Origin: Rhodospirillales bacterium
GTDB taxonomy: Bacteria > Pseudomonadota > Alphaproteobacteria > Rhodospirillales > UBA2165
Assembly: GCA_965221855.1 (NCBI GenBank)
Contig: CBDCSV010000010.1
Span: 67,650-131,649, forward strand
Direction: 5' to 3'
Length of the DNA stretch: 64,000 nucleotides
This document shows, one piece after another, positions 46,394-56,059 of this stretch. The notes beneath the pieces were generated by a model. That model was not told the origin of the DNA and did not search any database. It saw nothing but the letters and a program-made list of their open reading frames with translations. Each line of letters starts with the position of its first letter. Position 1 is the first letter of the stretch. The position numbers and the translations under genes are program-made.

Positions 46394-47329
46394 TTAACCG
46401 GTTGCGTGGAAACTCTTGCCGAGACAGGCCGGCGCGTTGAGACGGATCAAGGCGCTGTCCCGGGATATTATCACCAGGACCAAGATTGTCGCGAGATAGG
46501 GCGCGATTGCAAGGACCTGCGGCGGAATCTCGATCCCCAAACCCTGGGCGTGAAGCTGCATGATGGTGAGGCCGCCGAACAGATAGGCGCCGACGAACAC
46601 CCGGGCCGGCCGCCAGGACGCGAACACCACCAGCGCCAGCGCGATCCAGCCCCGCCCGGCGGTCATGTTCTCGACCCACAGCGGCGTATGGACCAGCGAC
46701 AGATAGGCGCCGCCGAGCCCGGCCATGGCGCCGCCGAACAGCACCGCCAGCAGACGCACCAGATTGACCGGATAGCCGATGGAATGGGCCGCGTTGTGGT
46801 TTTCGCCGACGGCGCGGAGCACCATGCCCGCACGGCTCCTGTTGAGGAACCAGCCGACGGCGATCATCAGGATCACCGAGAAGTAGACCAGAACGTCGTG
46901 CCCCAGCAGCAGGGTGCCGATCAGCGGCCCGACGACCGGGATCTGCTCCAGGAGAGGAAATTCCAGGTGGGGCAGGCCGGGGAACGTCTTGCCGACCATC
47001 CCGTGGCCCATCAGCGCGCTCAATCCCAGCCCGAACAGGGTCAGGGCAAGGCCGGTGGCGACCTGGTTGGAAAGCAGATAGAGGGTAAGGACGCCGAAGA
47101 TCAGCGCCATGGCCGCCCCGGCGAAAGCGCCGGTCAGCACGGCGAGGGCGCCGCTGCCGGTGGTGACGCCCACGGCGAAGGCCGAAACGGCGCCGACGAT
47201 CATCATCCCCTCGACGCCGAGATTGAGGACGCCCGACTTCTCGGCCACCAGTTCGCCGATGCCGGCAAAGACGAACGGCGTCGAGGCGGTCACCACCGAC
47301 AACAGGAAGGGAATGAACCATTCAGGCAT
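46394..47329 (-). CDS. ABC transporter permease (BMP/nucleoside type)
   Basis: 311 aa from MPEWFIPFLLSVV, multi-TM. The track start was trimmed. Its start overlaps the upstream permease stop (TGATG). Confidence 0.85.
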   Translation of the reverse strand: MPEWFIPFLLSVVTASTPFVFAGIGELVAEKSGVLNLGVEGMMIVGAVSAFAVGVTTGSGALAVLTGAFAGAAMALIFGVLTLYLLSNQVATGLALTLFGLGLSALMGHGMVGKTFPGLPHLEFPLLEQIPVVGPLIGTLLLGHDVLVYFSVILMIAVGWFLNRSRAGMVLRAVGENHNAAHSIGYPVNLVRLLAVLFGGAMAGLGGAYLSLVHTPLWVENMTAGRGWIALALVVFASWRPARVFVGAYLFGGLTIMQLHAQGLGIEIPPQVLAIAPYLATILVLVIISRDSALIRLNAPACLGKSFHATG

Positions 47330-48415
47330 CAGCCCGCCTCCTCCGCCGCTATGGTCGATGACGCCTTCGGGCCGCCGAATGTCACCCGGTACTTGATCAG
47401 CACGTCGGCGGCCAGCAGGAAGAACAGCAGCATACCCTGGAAGACGCCCGTGACCGCATTGGGCAGGTTCATCTCGATCTGGGCGTTTTCGCCGCCGAGA
47501 TAGGTCAGCGCCATGAGGAGCCCGGCGAACAGCACGCCCACCGGATGCAGCCGCCCGAGGAAGGCGACGATAATGGCGGTGAAGCCGTAGCCCGGCGAAA
47601 TGTTCGGCACGATCTGCTGGATCGGGCCCGAAACCTCGATCATCCCCGCAAGCCCCGCCGCGCCGCCGCTCATCAGCAGCGTAATCCAGATGATCTTCTT
47701 CTCCTTGAATCCGGCGAAGCTGGCCGCCATGGGCGCCATGCCGGTCACCCGGATCTGGAACCCGATGATGTGCCGCGCGATCAGTATCCAGCCGGTGGCG
47801 ACCGCCGCCAGCGCGAACAGCCAGCCGGCGTGCAGCCGCGTGGTCTCGATCATCACCGGCAGGATGCCGGCATCCGGGAACAGGCGGGACTCGGGGAAGT
47901 TCTGGCCCTCCGGGTCCTTCCACGGGCCGTGGATCAGGTAGCTCAGGAGCAGGAGCGCCACATAGACCAGCATCAGGCTGGTGAGGATTTCGTTAGTATT
48001 GTAGCGGGTCTTCAGGAACGCCGGGATCGCCGCCCAGGCCATACCGCCCAGGATGCCGGCGACCGCCATGGCCGGGAGCAGGAACAGGCTTTCGCTCTCG
48101 AAGAACAGCAGCGCAAGGCCGCCGCCGGCCAGCGCGCCGATGGTCAACTGCCCCTCGGCGCCGATGTTCCACACGTTGGCCTGAAAGCCGAAGGACAGGC
48201 CGACGGCGATGAGCACCAGGGGCGTGCCCTTGACGAACAGTTCGGCGAACCCGTCGAGGGTTGAAATGGGCTTGACAAAGAACGACAGGATGGCGTCGAC
48301 CGGATTGACGCCGAGGATGGCGAACAGGAACACGCCGGCGATCAGGGTAAGAACGACGGCGATGAACGGCGAGGCATAGACCATCGCCCGGGATATCTCG
48401 CCCCGGTTTTCCAGC

Positions 48416-48426
<11 letters not shown>
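47329..48426 (-). CDS. ABC transporter permease (BMP/nucleoside type)
   Basis: 365 aa, multi-TM. Confidence 0.85.
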
Positions 48427-49965
<1,539 letters not shown>

Positions 49966-49969
<4 letters not shown>

Positions 49970-50233
49970 GACCCGGCCGCCTTCGCCGCCCGGCTTTTCA
50001 CGTCTTCGGTGGCCGGCCGCGCCGGGACCGCCGGCATCGGCGTCGGCTCACCAATCGCTTTGGACCTGAGGATGGCCGGGACCATGTTTGGCGCGTCTTC
50101 CAGAATGTGAACGTTCAACTCCGGCGGGGCATCCCGGCTCCCCGGTATTTTGTACCTCGACGGCCCGAGGGTTTTGAGATGCTCCCCATCGTTCCAGACA
50201 AGTGACGCCGGCGTCAACCGTCCCTTGCCCCGG
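49966..50233 (-). pseudogene. C-terminal remnant of a xanthine dehydrogenase/aldehyde oxidase molybdopterin subunit (XdhB-like), split by IS256 copy 2; continues at 51523..51608
   Basis: With the IS and one TSD copy removed it reads ...GQSPNPAAHMGRIMRLHVRGKGRLTPASLVWNDGEHLKTLGPSRYKIPGSRDAPPELNVHILEDAPNMVPAILRSKAIGEPT. Compare the conserved XDH C-terminus as I recall it: NPAIDIGQIEGAFVQGMGW..EELVW....G.L.T.GPSTYKIP...D.P..F.V.L....PN......SKAVGEPP. The frame is closed upstream by the DUF3237 stop, and the position of the catalytic Glu (GQIEG) reads M. Confidence 0.6.
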
Positions 50234-51513
50234 GGTGACGTAAAAATTTATGTGTCAGTTGGGAATGGGGTACTCCCTGTGGTTTACGACAACCGCAAGA
50301 AGGAGCACCCCGATGCCACAGCAAGCTGTAACGATTGAGAACCTACCACAAGCCTTTGAGGTGGTGAAGGAGATGCAAGCAGGCGGATTGGACTGGGGCG
50401 AGGGTTATCGCCCGCTTGGCCGCCAGGCGCTGGCCGAGATCATCGAGGGCCGGATGGCCGAGGCGGTGGATCGCTGGCTCGACGGCCTCGATGGCAGCGC
50501 TATGCGCGACCGGCGCAACGGCACCTACCGGCGCCGCCTGCTCAGCGAGCTCGGCGACATCGAGCTCAACGTGCCGCGCACCCGGCACTTCTGCCCGACC
50601 GAGGTTCTGAAGAGCTACGCAAGGCGCGCTCCAGAGATCGACCGCGCCATCCTGGCCGGCTTCGTGCTGGGGCTCTCGACCCGCAAGGTCGGCGAGGTCC
50701 TGCTTGCCCTGCTCGGGCGTCCGGTCTCGGCCGCGACGGTGAGCCGGGTCGCCAAGACCCTCGATCTGTCGGTCGCCGCATTCCACCGCCGGCCGCTGAA
50801 GAACGCCTACAAGGCGCTGATGCTCGACGGCGTGGTGCTGGCCTGCAAGACCGGCGCCGGCGCGCTCAGGAGGCCGGTCCTGGTGGCGCTGGGCATACGG
50901 CACGACGGCAAGAAGGAGATTATCGACTTCCAACTCGCCGCCAGCGAGAGCGCCGCGGAGTGGGAGCGCTTCCTCACCGCGTTGCACCGCCGCGGCCTCA
51001 CCGGCGAGGGCCTTGAGATGATCTGCGTTGATGGCGGCCAAGGCCTGCTCGCCGCCTTGCCGATCGTCTATCACGGCATCCCCGTTCAGAGGTGCTGGGC
51101 GCACAAAATCAGGAACATCCTCAACAAGGTCCGCGTAGCCGACCAGCAGGCCGTCAAGGCCGACGTCCACGCCGTCATGAATGCCCCCAACCGCCGCAAG
51201 GCCGAGACCGCCGCCCGCCGCTTCGCCGACGCCTGGGAAGATACCTACCCCAAGGCCGTCGCCTGCCTGCGCAACGACCTCGACGACCTGCTCACCTGCT
51301 TCCGCTACAAGGACCTCGCCGAGCGAAAGCAGGTCAGGACCACCAATGCCATCGAACGGAGGTTCCGCGAGGTTCGCAGACGAACCCGGCCCATGGGAAC
51401 CTTCAAGGATAAAACCTCAATGGACCGCATCCTCTTCGCGGTCTTCATTCACGAAAACAAGTCTCAGGGAATCAGTACCCCAGTCTCCCTGACACATAAC
51501 TCTTGACGTTACC
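50234..51513 (+). mobile_element. IS256-family insertion sequence, copy 2
   Basis: Same ends as copy 1. A 9-bp target duplication TTGCCCCGG is present at 50225..50233 and 51514..51522. Confidence 0.9.
50250..51506 (+). CDS. IS256-family transposase
   Basis: The translation is identical to copy 1. Confidence 0.9.
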   Translation: MCQLGMGYSLWFTTTARRSTPMPQQAVTIENLPQAFEVVKEMQAGGLDWGEGYRPLGRQALAEIIEGRMAEAVDRWLDGLDGSAMRDRRNGTYRRRLLSELGDIELNVPRTRHFCPTEVLKSYARRAPEIDRAILAGFVLGLSTRKVGEVLLALLGRPVSAATVSRVAKTLDLSVAAFHRRPLKNAYKALMLDGVVLACKTGAGALRRPVLVALGIRHDGKKEIIDFQLAASESAAEWERFLTALHRRGLTGEGLEMICVDGGQGLLAALPIVYHGIPVQRCWAHKIRNILNKVRVADQQAVKADVHAVMNAPNRRKAETAARRFADAWEDTYPKAVACLRNDLDDLLTCFRYKDLAERKQVRTTNAIERRFREVRRRTRPMGTFKDKTSMDRILFAVFIHENKSQGISTPVSLTHNS

Positions 51514-51608
51514 TTGCCCCGGACGTGGAGCCGCATGATCCGGCCCATATGGGCAGCCGGGTTCGGGGATTGCCCCCATCCCGGGGGATATGGGCTTCGA
51601 TTAAGCCC

Positions 51609-52076
51609 CTACTCCACCACGTAGAGGCGCATCTTGACCCCGTCGGCCAGCCGCGCGCCGGTGCCGACGAACAGCATGTCGTTGACCCAGGCGTAGCGCT
51701 CGTCGCCGGTCTCGAGCCGCGCCTGGGTGCGCATGTAATAGTCCGCCGGATCGGCCTCCTCTCCCGCCGCGATGGCCCGGATGATTTCGGGCGGCCCGTG
51801 ACGGAAGCCGTAATTGACGATCTCGATCAGCGCCCCGTCATCGGTCTCCATGGCGTAGCGGGTATCGAGCTCCGCCGTGCCGCCCTCGAAGACGGTCTGC
51901 CAGTCGGCGCCGAGGTTGAGGATGGTCCCCTTGATGCCGGGCCCGTCCACCGTGCCGCCGATGATGGGAATGATGCGCCGCCTGCCGGCGCGGCCCTGGC
52001 CCATCTCCCGGGCGGGGCCCAGCTCCACCGAGAGATCGCAGAAATGCCGGAGCGCCGGGGCCGGAAGGTCCGTCAT
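51609..52076 (-). CDS. DUF3237 (UPF0311) family protein
   Basis: 155 aa from MTDLPAPALRHF, then IIPIIGGTVDGPGIKGTILNLGADWQ and DTRYAMETDDGALIEIVN. Its start overlaps the galA stop (ATGA). Confidence 0.75.
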   Translation of the reverse strand: MTDLPAPALRHFCDLSVELGPAREMGQGRAGRRRIIPIIGGTVDGPGIKGTILNLGADWQTVFEGGTAELDTRYAMETDDGALIEIVNYGFRHGPPEIIRAIAAGEEADPADYYMRTQARLETGDERYAWVNDMLFVGTGARLADGVKMRLYVVE

Positions 52077-53329
52077 TCGTCGGCCCCCGCGTTGGAGTAG
52101 TGCACGGCGACGTTCCGCGACTTCATGAACTCCTCGATGGTCTCGCCCCGGAACTGGGCGTAGACGTCCGGGTTGGACATGCCGAGGACCACCGCCAGTT
52201 TCTCGATGACGAAGAATATGACCCCGTAATGGATCAGGCCGATGAAATCCCTGGCCTCCAGGAGGTCGCGCTCCTCCCGGGTGATGCCGAACTCCTCGCA
52301 CAGGGCATCCCGGTCCTCCAAGAACCGCCGGCGGTGCTCCGACTCGGTCAGCCGGTGGAGGAAGCCGTTCAGCCGGAACGCCTTGTGGCTCCAGTCGAGG
52401 GTGAAGGGATAGGTGCCGGCGAGTTCATCGATACCGTCGAGCTGACGGGCCACCTTCGCCCGGTGTTCCTCGACCGCCTGGGGTTCGGTCTCCGATAGGT
52501 TTTCGTAGATCACCGTCGCGATGGTGGTCATGGACGGCAGCGTCAGGTCCCGGTGGACCCGCTTGACGTTGGCCGACAGCGCGCCCCGCATGATCAGCCA
52601 CATGATCACCTCGGCGCCCTCGAACCCGCCCCGCTTGGCGTATTCGGCGTGGGTGATTTCGGTGAGCGCGCGCGGGTCGTTCTCCAGCAGGTCGAGAAAC
52701 CGGTTGTCCCAGTCCAGGTCGTTGTAGCCCGCCCGCTCGCCGTGTACCTGGTGGGACAGGCCGCCGGTCGCGGCGATCACCACCTTCAAATCCTCGGGGT
52801 AGCTCTCGATGGCGCGCCTCAACGCCCGGCCGAGCCGGTAGCAGCGGTTGGCGGTCGGCACGGGGTATTGCAGCACGCCGACCTGAAACGGGATGACCGC
52901 CTCGTTCCACGCCTGGCCCCGGTCGGTCATCATGGAGAGCGGCGAGAACAGCCCGTGGTCCACCGGCCGCTTCTGAAAGAACGAGATGTCGAACTCGTCG
53001 GCGAACAGGGAGTGGCCGATGTGGCCCGCGAGTTCCGCATGTCCCTTCACCGGCGGGTATTCCCGCCGCCCGCCGCCCTCGTCCGCGGTCACGTATTCCG
53101 TGTCGATGCCCATGACGAAGGGCGAATAGTGATCCATGAAGAACGACGTGACGTGATCGTTGTAGATGTGAAAGATCACGTCCGGCTTGTTGTCGATCAG
53201 CCATCGCCGGACCGGATCGAACACCTGAAACACCGCCGCCCAGGCCGGATCGTCGGGCGAGGCGTTGTCCTTGGCGAAACCGATGGTCGGGGTGTGGGAT
53301 GCGCCGATGCCGGCGATGATGCGCGCCAT
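52073..53329 (-). CDS. galA: Gallate dioxygenase (fused LigB-like and LigA-like domains)
   Basis: 418 aa from MARIIAGIGASHTPTIGFA, then YNDHVTSFFMDHYSPF, VDHGLFSPL, TGGLSHQVHGERAGYN and a C-terminal LIHYGVIFFVIEKLAVVLG. It is collinear with my recollection of the about 420-aa P. putida GalA. The track start was trimmed. Confidence 0.85.
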   Translation of the reverse strand: MARIIAGIGASHTPTIGFAKDNASPDDPAWAAVFQVFDPVRRWLIDNKPDVIFHIYNDHVTSFFMDHYSPFVMGIDTEYVTADEGGGRREYPPVKGHAELAGHIGHSLFADEFDISFFQKRPVDHGLFSPLSMMTDRGQAWNEAVIPFQVGVLQYPVPTANRCYRLGRALRRAIESYPEDLKVVIAATGGLSHQVHGERAGYNDLDWDNRFLDLLENDPRALTEITHAEYAKRGGFEGAEVIMWLIMRGALSANVKRVHRDLTLPSMTTIATVIYENLSETEPQAVEEHRAKVARQLDGIDELAGTYPFTLDWSHKAFRLNGFLHRLTESEHRRRFLEDRDALCEEFGITREERDLLEARDFIGLIHYGVIFFVIEKLAVVLGMSNPDVYAQFRGETIEEFMKSRNVAVHYSNAGADE

Positions 53330-53473
53330 ATCACTGGTCCTGACATACGAACTGCCGTGAGTTTCCAATGGGGCGGCGCCCGCCGCAACAACTGAGATCG
53401 AGTTGTCCGATGTCGGGGGCTGGCGTCGGCAACCGGCCCGGGGCGGCGTAATTTTGGGCCCGACACTCGGGAC

Positions 53474-54753
53474 GGTAACGTCAAGAGTTATGTGTCAGGG
53501 AGACTGGGGTACTGATTCCCTGAGACTTGTTTTCGTGAATGAAGACCGCGAAGAGGATGCGGTCCATTGAGGTTTTATCCTTGAAGGTTCCCATGGGCCG
53601 GGTTCGTCTGCGAACCTCGCGGAACCTCCGTTCGATGGCATTGGTGGTCCTGACCTGCTTTCGCTCGGCGAGGTCCTTGTAGCGGAAGCAGGTGAGCAGG
53701 TCGTCGAGGTCGTTGCGCAGGCAGGCGACGGCCTTGGGGTAGGTATCTTCCCAGGCGTCGGCGAAGCGGCGGGCGGCGGTCTCGGCCTTGCGGCGGTTGG
53801 GGGCATTCATGACGGCGTGGACGTCGGCCTTGACGGCCTGCTGGTCGGCTACGCGGACCTTGTTGAGGATGTTCCTGATTTTGTGCGCCCAGCACCTCTG
53901 AACGGGGATGCCGTGATAGACGATCGGCAAGGCGGCGAGCAGGCCTTGGCCGCCATCAACGCAGATCATCTCAAGGCCCTCGCCGGTGAGGCCGCGGCGG
54001 TGCAACGCGGTGAGGAAGCGCTCCCACTCCGCGGCGCTCTCGCTGGCGGCGAGTTGGAAGTCGATAATCTCCTTCTTGCCGTCGTGCCGTATGCCCAGCG
54101 CCACCAGGACCGGCCTCCTGAGCGCGCCGGCGCCGGTCTTGCAGGCCAGCACCACGCCGTCGAGCATCAGCGCCTTGTAGGCGTTCTTCAGCGGCCGGCG
54201 GTGGAATGCGGCGACCGACAGATCGAGGGTCTTGGCGACCCGGCTCACCGTCGCGGCCGAGACCGGACGCCCGAGCAGGGCAAGCAGGACCTCGCCGACC
54301 TTGCGGGTCGAGAGCCCCAGCACGAAGCCGGCCAGGATGGCGCGGTCGATCTCTGGAGCGCGCCTTGCGTAGCTCTTCAGAACCTCGGTCGGGCAGAAGT
54401 GCCGGGTGCGCGGCACGTTGAGCTCGATGTCGCCGAGCTCGCTGAGCAGGCGGCGCCGGTAGGTGCCGTTGCGCCGGTCGCGCATAGCGCTGCCATCGAG
54501 GCCGTCGAGCCAGCGATCCACCGCCTCGGCCATCCGGCCCTCGATGATCTCGGCCAGCGCCTGGCGGCCAAGCGGGCGATAACCCTCGCCCCAGTCCAAT
54601 CCGCCTGCTTGCATCTCCTTCACCACCTCAAAGGCTTGTGGTAGGTTCTCAATCGTTACAGCTTGCTGTGGCATCGGGGTGATCCTTCTTGCGGTTGTCG
54701 TAAACCACAGGGAGTACCCCATTCCCAACTGACACATAAATTTTTACGTCACC
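53474..54753 (-). mobile_element. IS256-family insertion sequence, copy 3
   Basis: An 8-bp target duplication CTCGGGAC is present at 53466..53473 and 54754..54761. The transposase differs from copy 1 by S to I (RRITPMP). Confidence 0.9.
53481..54737 (-). CDS. IS256-family transposase
   Basis: 418 aa with one substitution relative to copies 1 and 2. Confidence 0.9.
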   Translation of the reverse strand: MCQLGMGYSLWFTTTARRITPMPQQAVTIENLPQAFEVVKEMQAGGLDWGEGYRPLGRQALAEIIEGRMAEAVDRWLDGLDGSAMRDRRNGTYRRRLLSELGDIELNVPRTRHFCPTEVLKSYARRAPEIDRAILAGFVLGLSTRKVGEVLLALLGRPVSAATVSRVAKTLDLSVAAFHRRPLKNAYKALMLDGVVLACKTGAGALRRPVLVALGIRHDGKKEIIDFQLAASESAAEWERFLTALHRRGLTGEGLEMICVDGGQGLLAALPIVYHGIPVQRCWAHKIRNILNKVRVADQQAVKADVHAVMNAPNRRKAETAARRFADAWEDTYPKAVACLRNDLDDLLTCFRYKDLAERKQVRTTNAIERRFREVRRRTRPMGTFKDKTSMDRILFAVFIHENKSQGISTPVSLTHNS

Positions 54754-54897
54754 CTCGGGACAAGTTGCTTGATCTCCGCGATCCGGCCTGCCATTTTTTT
54801 CCGATCACAACAAGGCCGGAGCTGGCGTTTCCCGCGTGCGGTATCCGGTTGTCATTTCTTGGCTCCCTGGAGCCACGAACAACAGGAGGCACCCCCC

Positions 54898-55887
54898 ATG
54901 AAATTCACCAACACCCTTGCCGCCGCGGCCGGCATCGTCATTCTCGCGGCGTCCGCGCAGGCGGCCGAGCAGTACCGCATCGGCGGCGGCCCGGCGGGCG
55001 GCGGCTGGCATCCGTCGGTGAGCGCCGGCGCCCAGCTTCTGAATGACGAAATCGGCAATAAGTTCAAGTTCAACTATTCGCCCTCCAACGGCTCCGTCGA
55101 CAACGTCCGCCGCGTCGGTTACGGCAAGTTCGATACGGCCTGGGGCCATGTCGGACAGGTCTTCCAGGCCTGGAACGGCGTCGGCCTGTTCAAGGAAGAC
55201 GGCAAGCTGCGGGACTTCCGCATTGTCGCCAACGTCCGCAAGCAGACCCAGATCATCGCGGTTCTCGCCGACAGCCCGATCAAGTCCTTCTCGGACATGC
55301 GCGGCAAGGTCGTGAACCTGCTCAACAAGGGCTCGGGTTCGAACGTGAACTGCCGCAACATCATGGCCGGCTCCGGCATCCTCAAGGACATCAAGGTCCG
55401 CAACCTGGGCTTCTCGGATTCGGCCCGCGCGCTGGGCGACCGTCAGATCGACGTTTTCTGCTCCGCCGGTGCGCCGTTCACCATTCCGGCCCTGACGCAG
55501 CTGTCGATCACCAAGCCGGTCCGCTACATCGGCCTCAGTGACAAGGAGCAGGCCGACATCATCAAGTCCAACCCGTTCTATGCCGCCGCGACGATCCCGG
55601 TGCAGCCGGACGTGAAGGGCATGAAGGCGCCGGCCAAGTCGATCGGCTACGACGTGTACTGGATCGCCTACAAGACGATGTCCGACGAGGCCATCGCGGC
55701 GATGCTCAAGGTGGTCGCCGATCCGGCGAATCTGAAGAAGCTGGTGGCCGTTGCGGGTTACTGGAAGACGCTGAACGGCGACTTCTCGAACCTCAAGGCG
55801 CTGGGCATTCCGGTGCATCCGGCCGCGGCCAAATATTGGAAAACCCGCGGGTTCAAGGTCCCTGACGAGACCGTCAAGGCGTTCTAG
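54898..55887 (+). CDS. TAXI-family TRAP transporter solute-binding protein
   Basis: It starts MKFTNTLAAAAGIVILAASAQA (signal peptide), then YRIGGGPAGGGWHP and NGSVDNVRRV, the typical TAXI (TIGR02122-like) pattern. The track start was trimmed. Confidence 0.8.
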   Translation: MKFTNTLAAAAGIVILAASAQAAEQYRIGGGPAGGGWHPSVSAGAQLLNDEIGNKFKFNYSPSNGSVDNVRRVGYGKFDTAWGHVGQVFQAWNGVGLFKEDGKLRDFRIVANVRKQTQIIAVLADSPIKSFSDMRGKVVNLLNKGSGSNVNCRNIMAGSGILKDIKVRNLGFSDSARALGDRQIDVFCSAGAPFTIPALTQLSITKPVRYIGLSDKEQADIIKSNPFYAAATIPVQPDVKGMKAPAKSIGYDVYWIAYKTMSDEAIAAMLKVVADPANLKKLVAVAGYWKTLNGDFSNLKALGIPVHPAAAKYWKTRGFKVPDETVKAF

Positions 55888-56059
55888 CCGGCAACATTGC
55901 CGGCGCGGCCGCCGGTCCTGTGGCGAGGCGCGAAGAAGGTTTCTTCTTCGTGCCTTGTCCGCATTCGCGGCCGCATGATTGAATTGGCGGCGTGAATTCA
56001 CTTGAATTCAGGCGCTTGGATGGCGTCCGGTTGCTCCTGAATTGTCGCGGGCAAGGCTC

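Noticed and set aside
50234-54753. IS256 copies 2 and 3 (inverted) as a composite transposon carrying galA and DUF3237.
   Set aside because: Each copy has its own matching target duplication (TTGCCCCGG and CTCGGGAC), and the two outer flanks do not match each other. These are therefore two independent single-IS insertions, not one composite transposition event. Future recombination between them remains possible.
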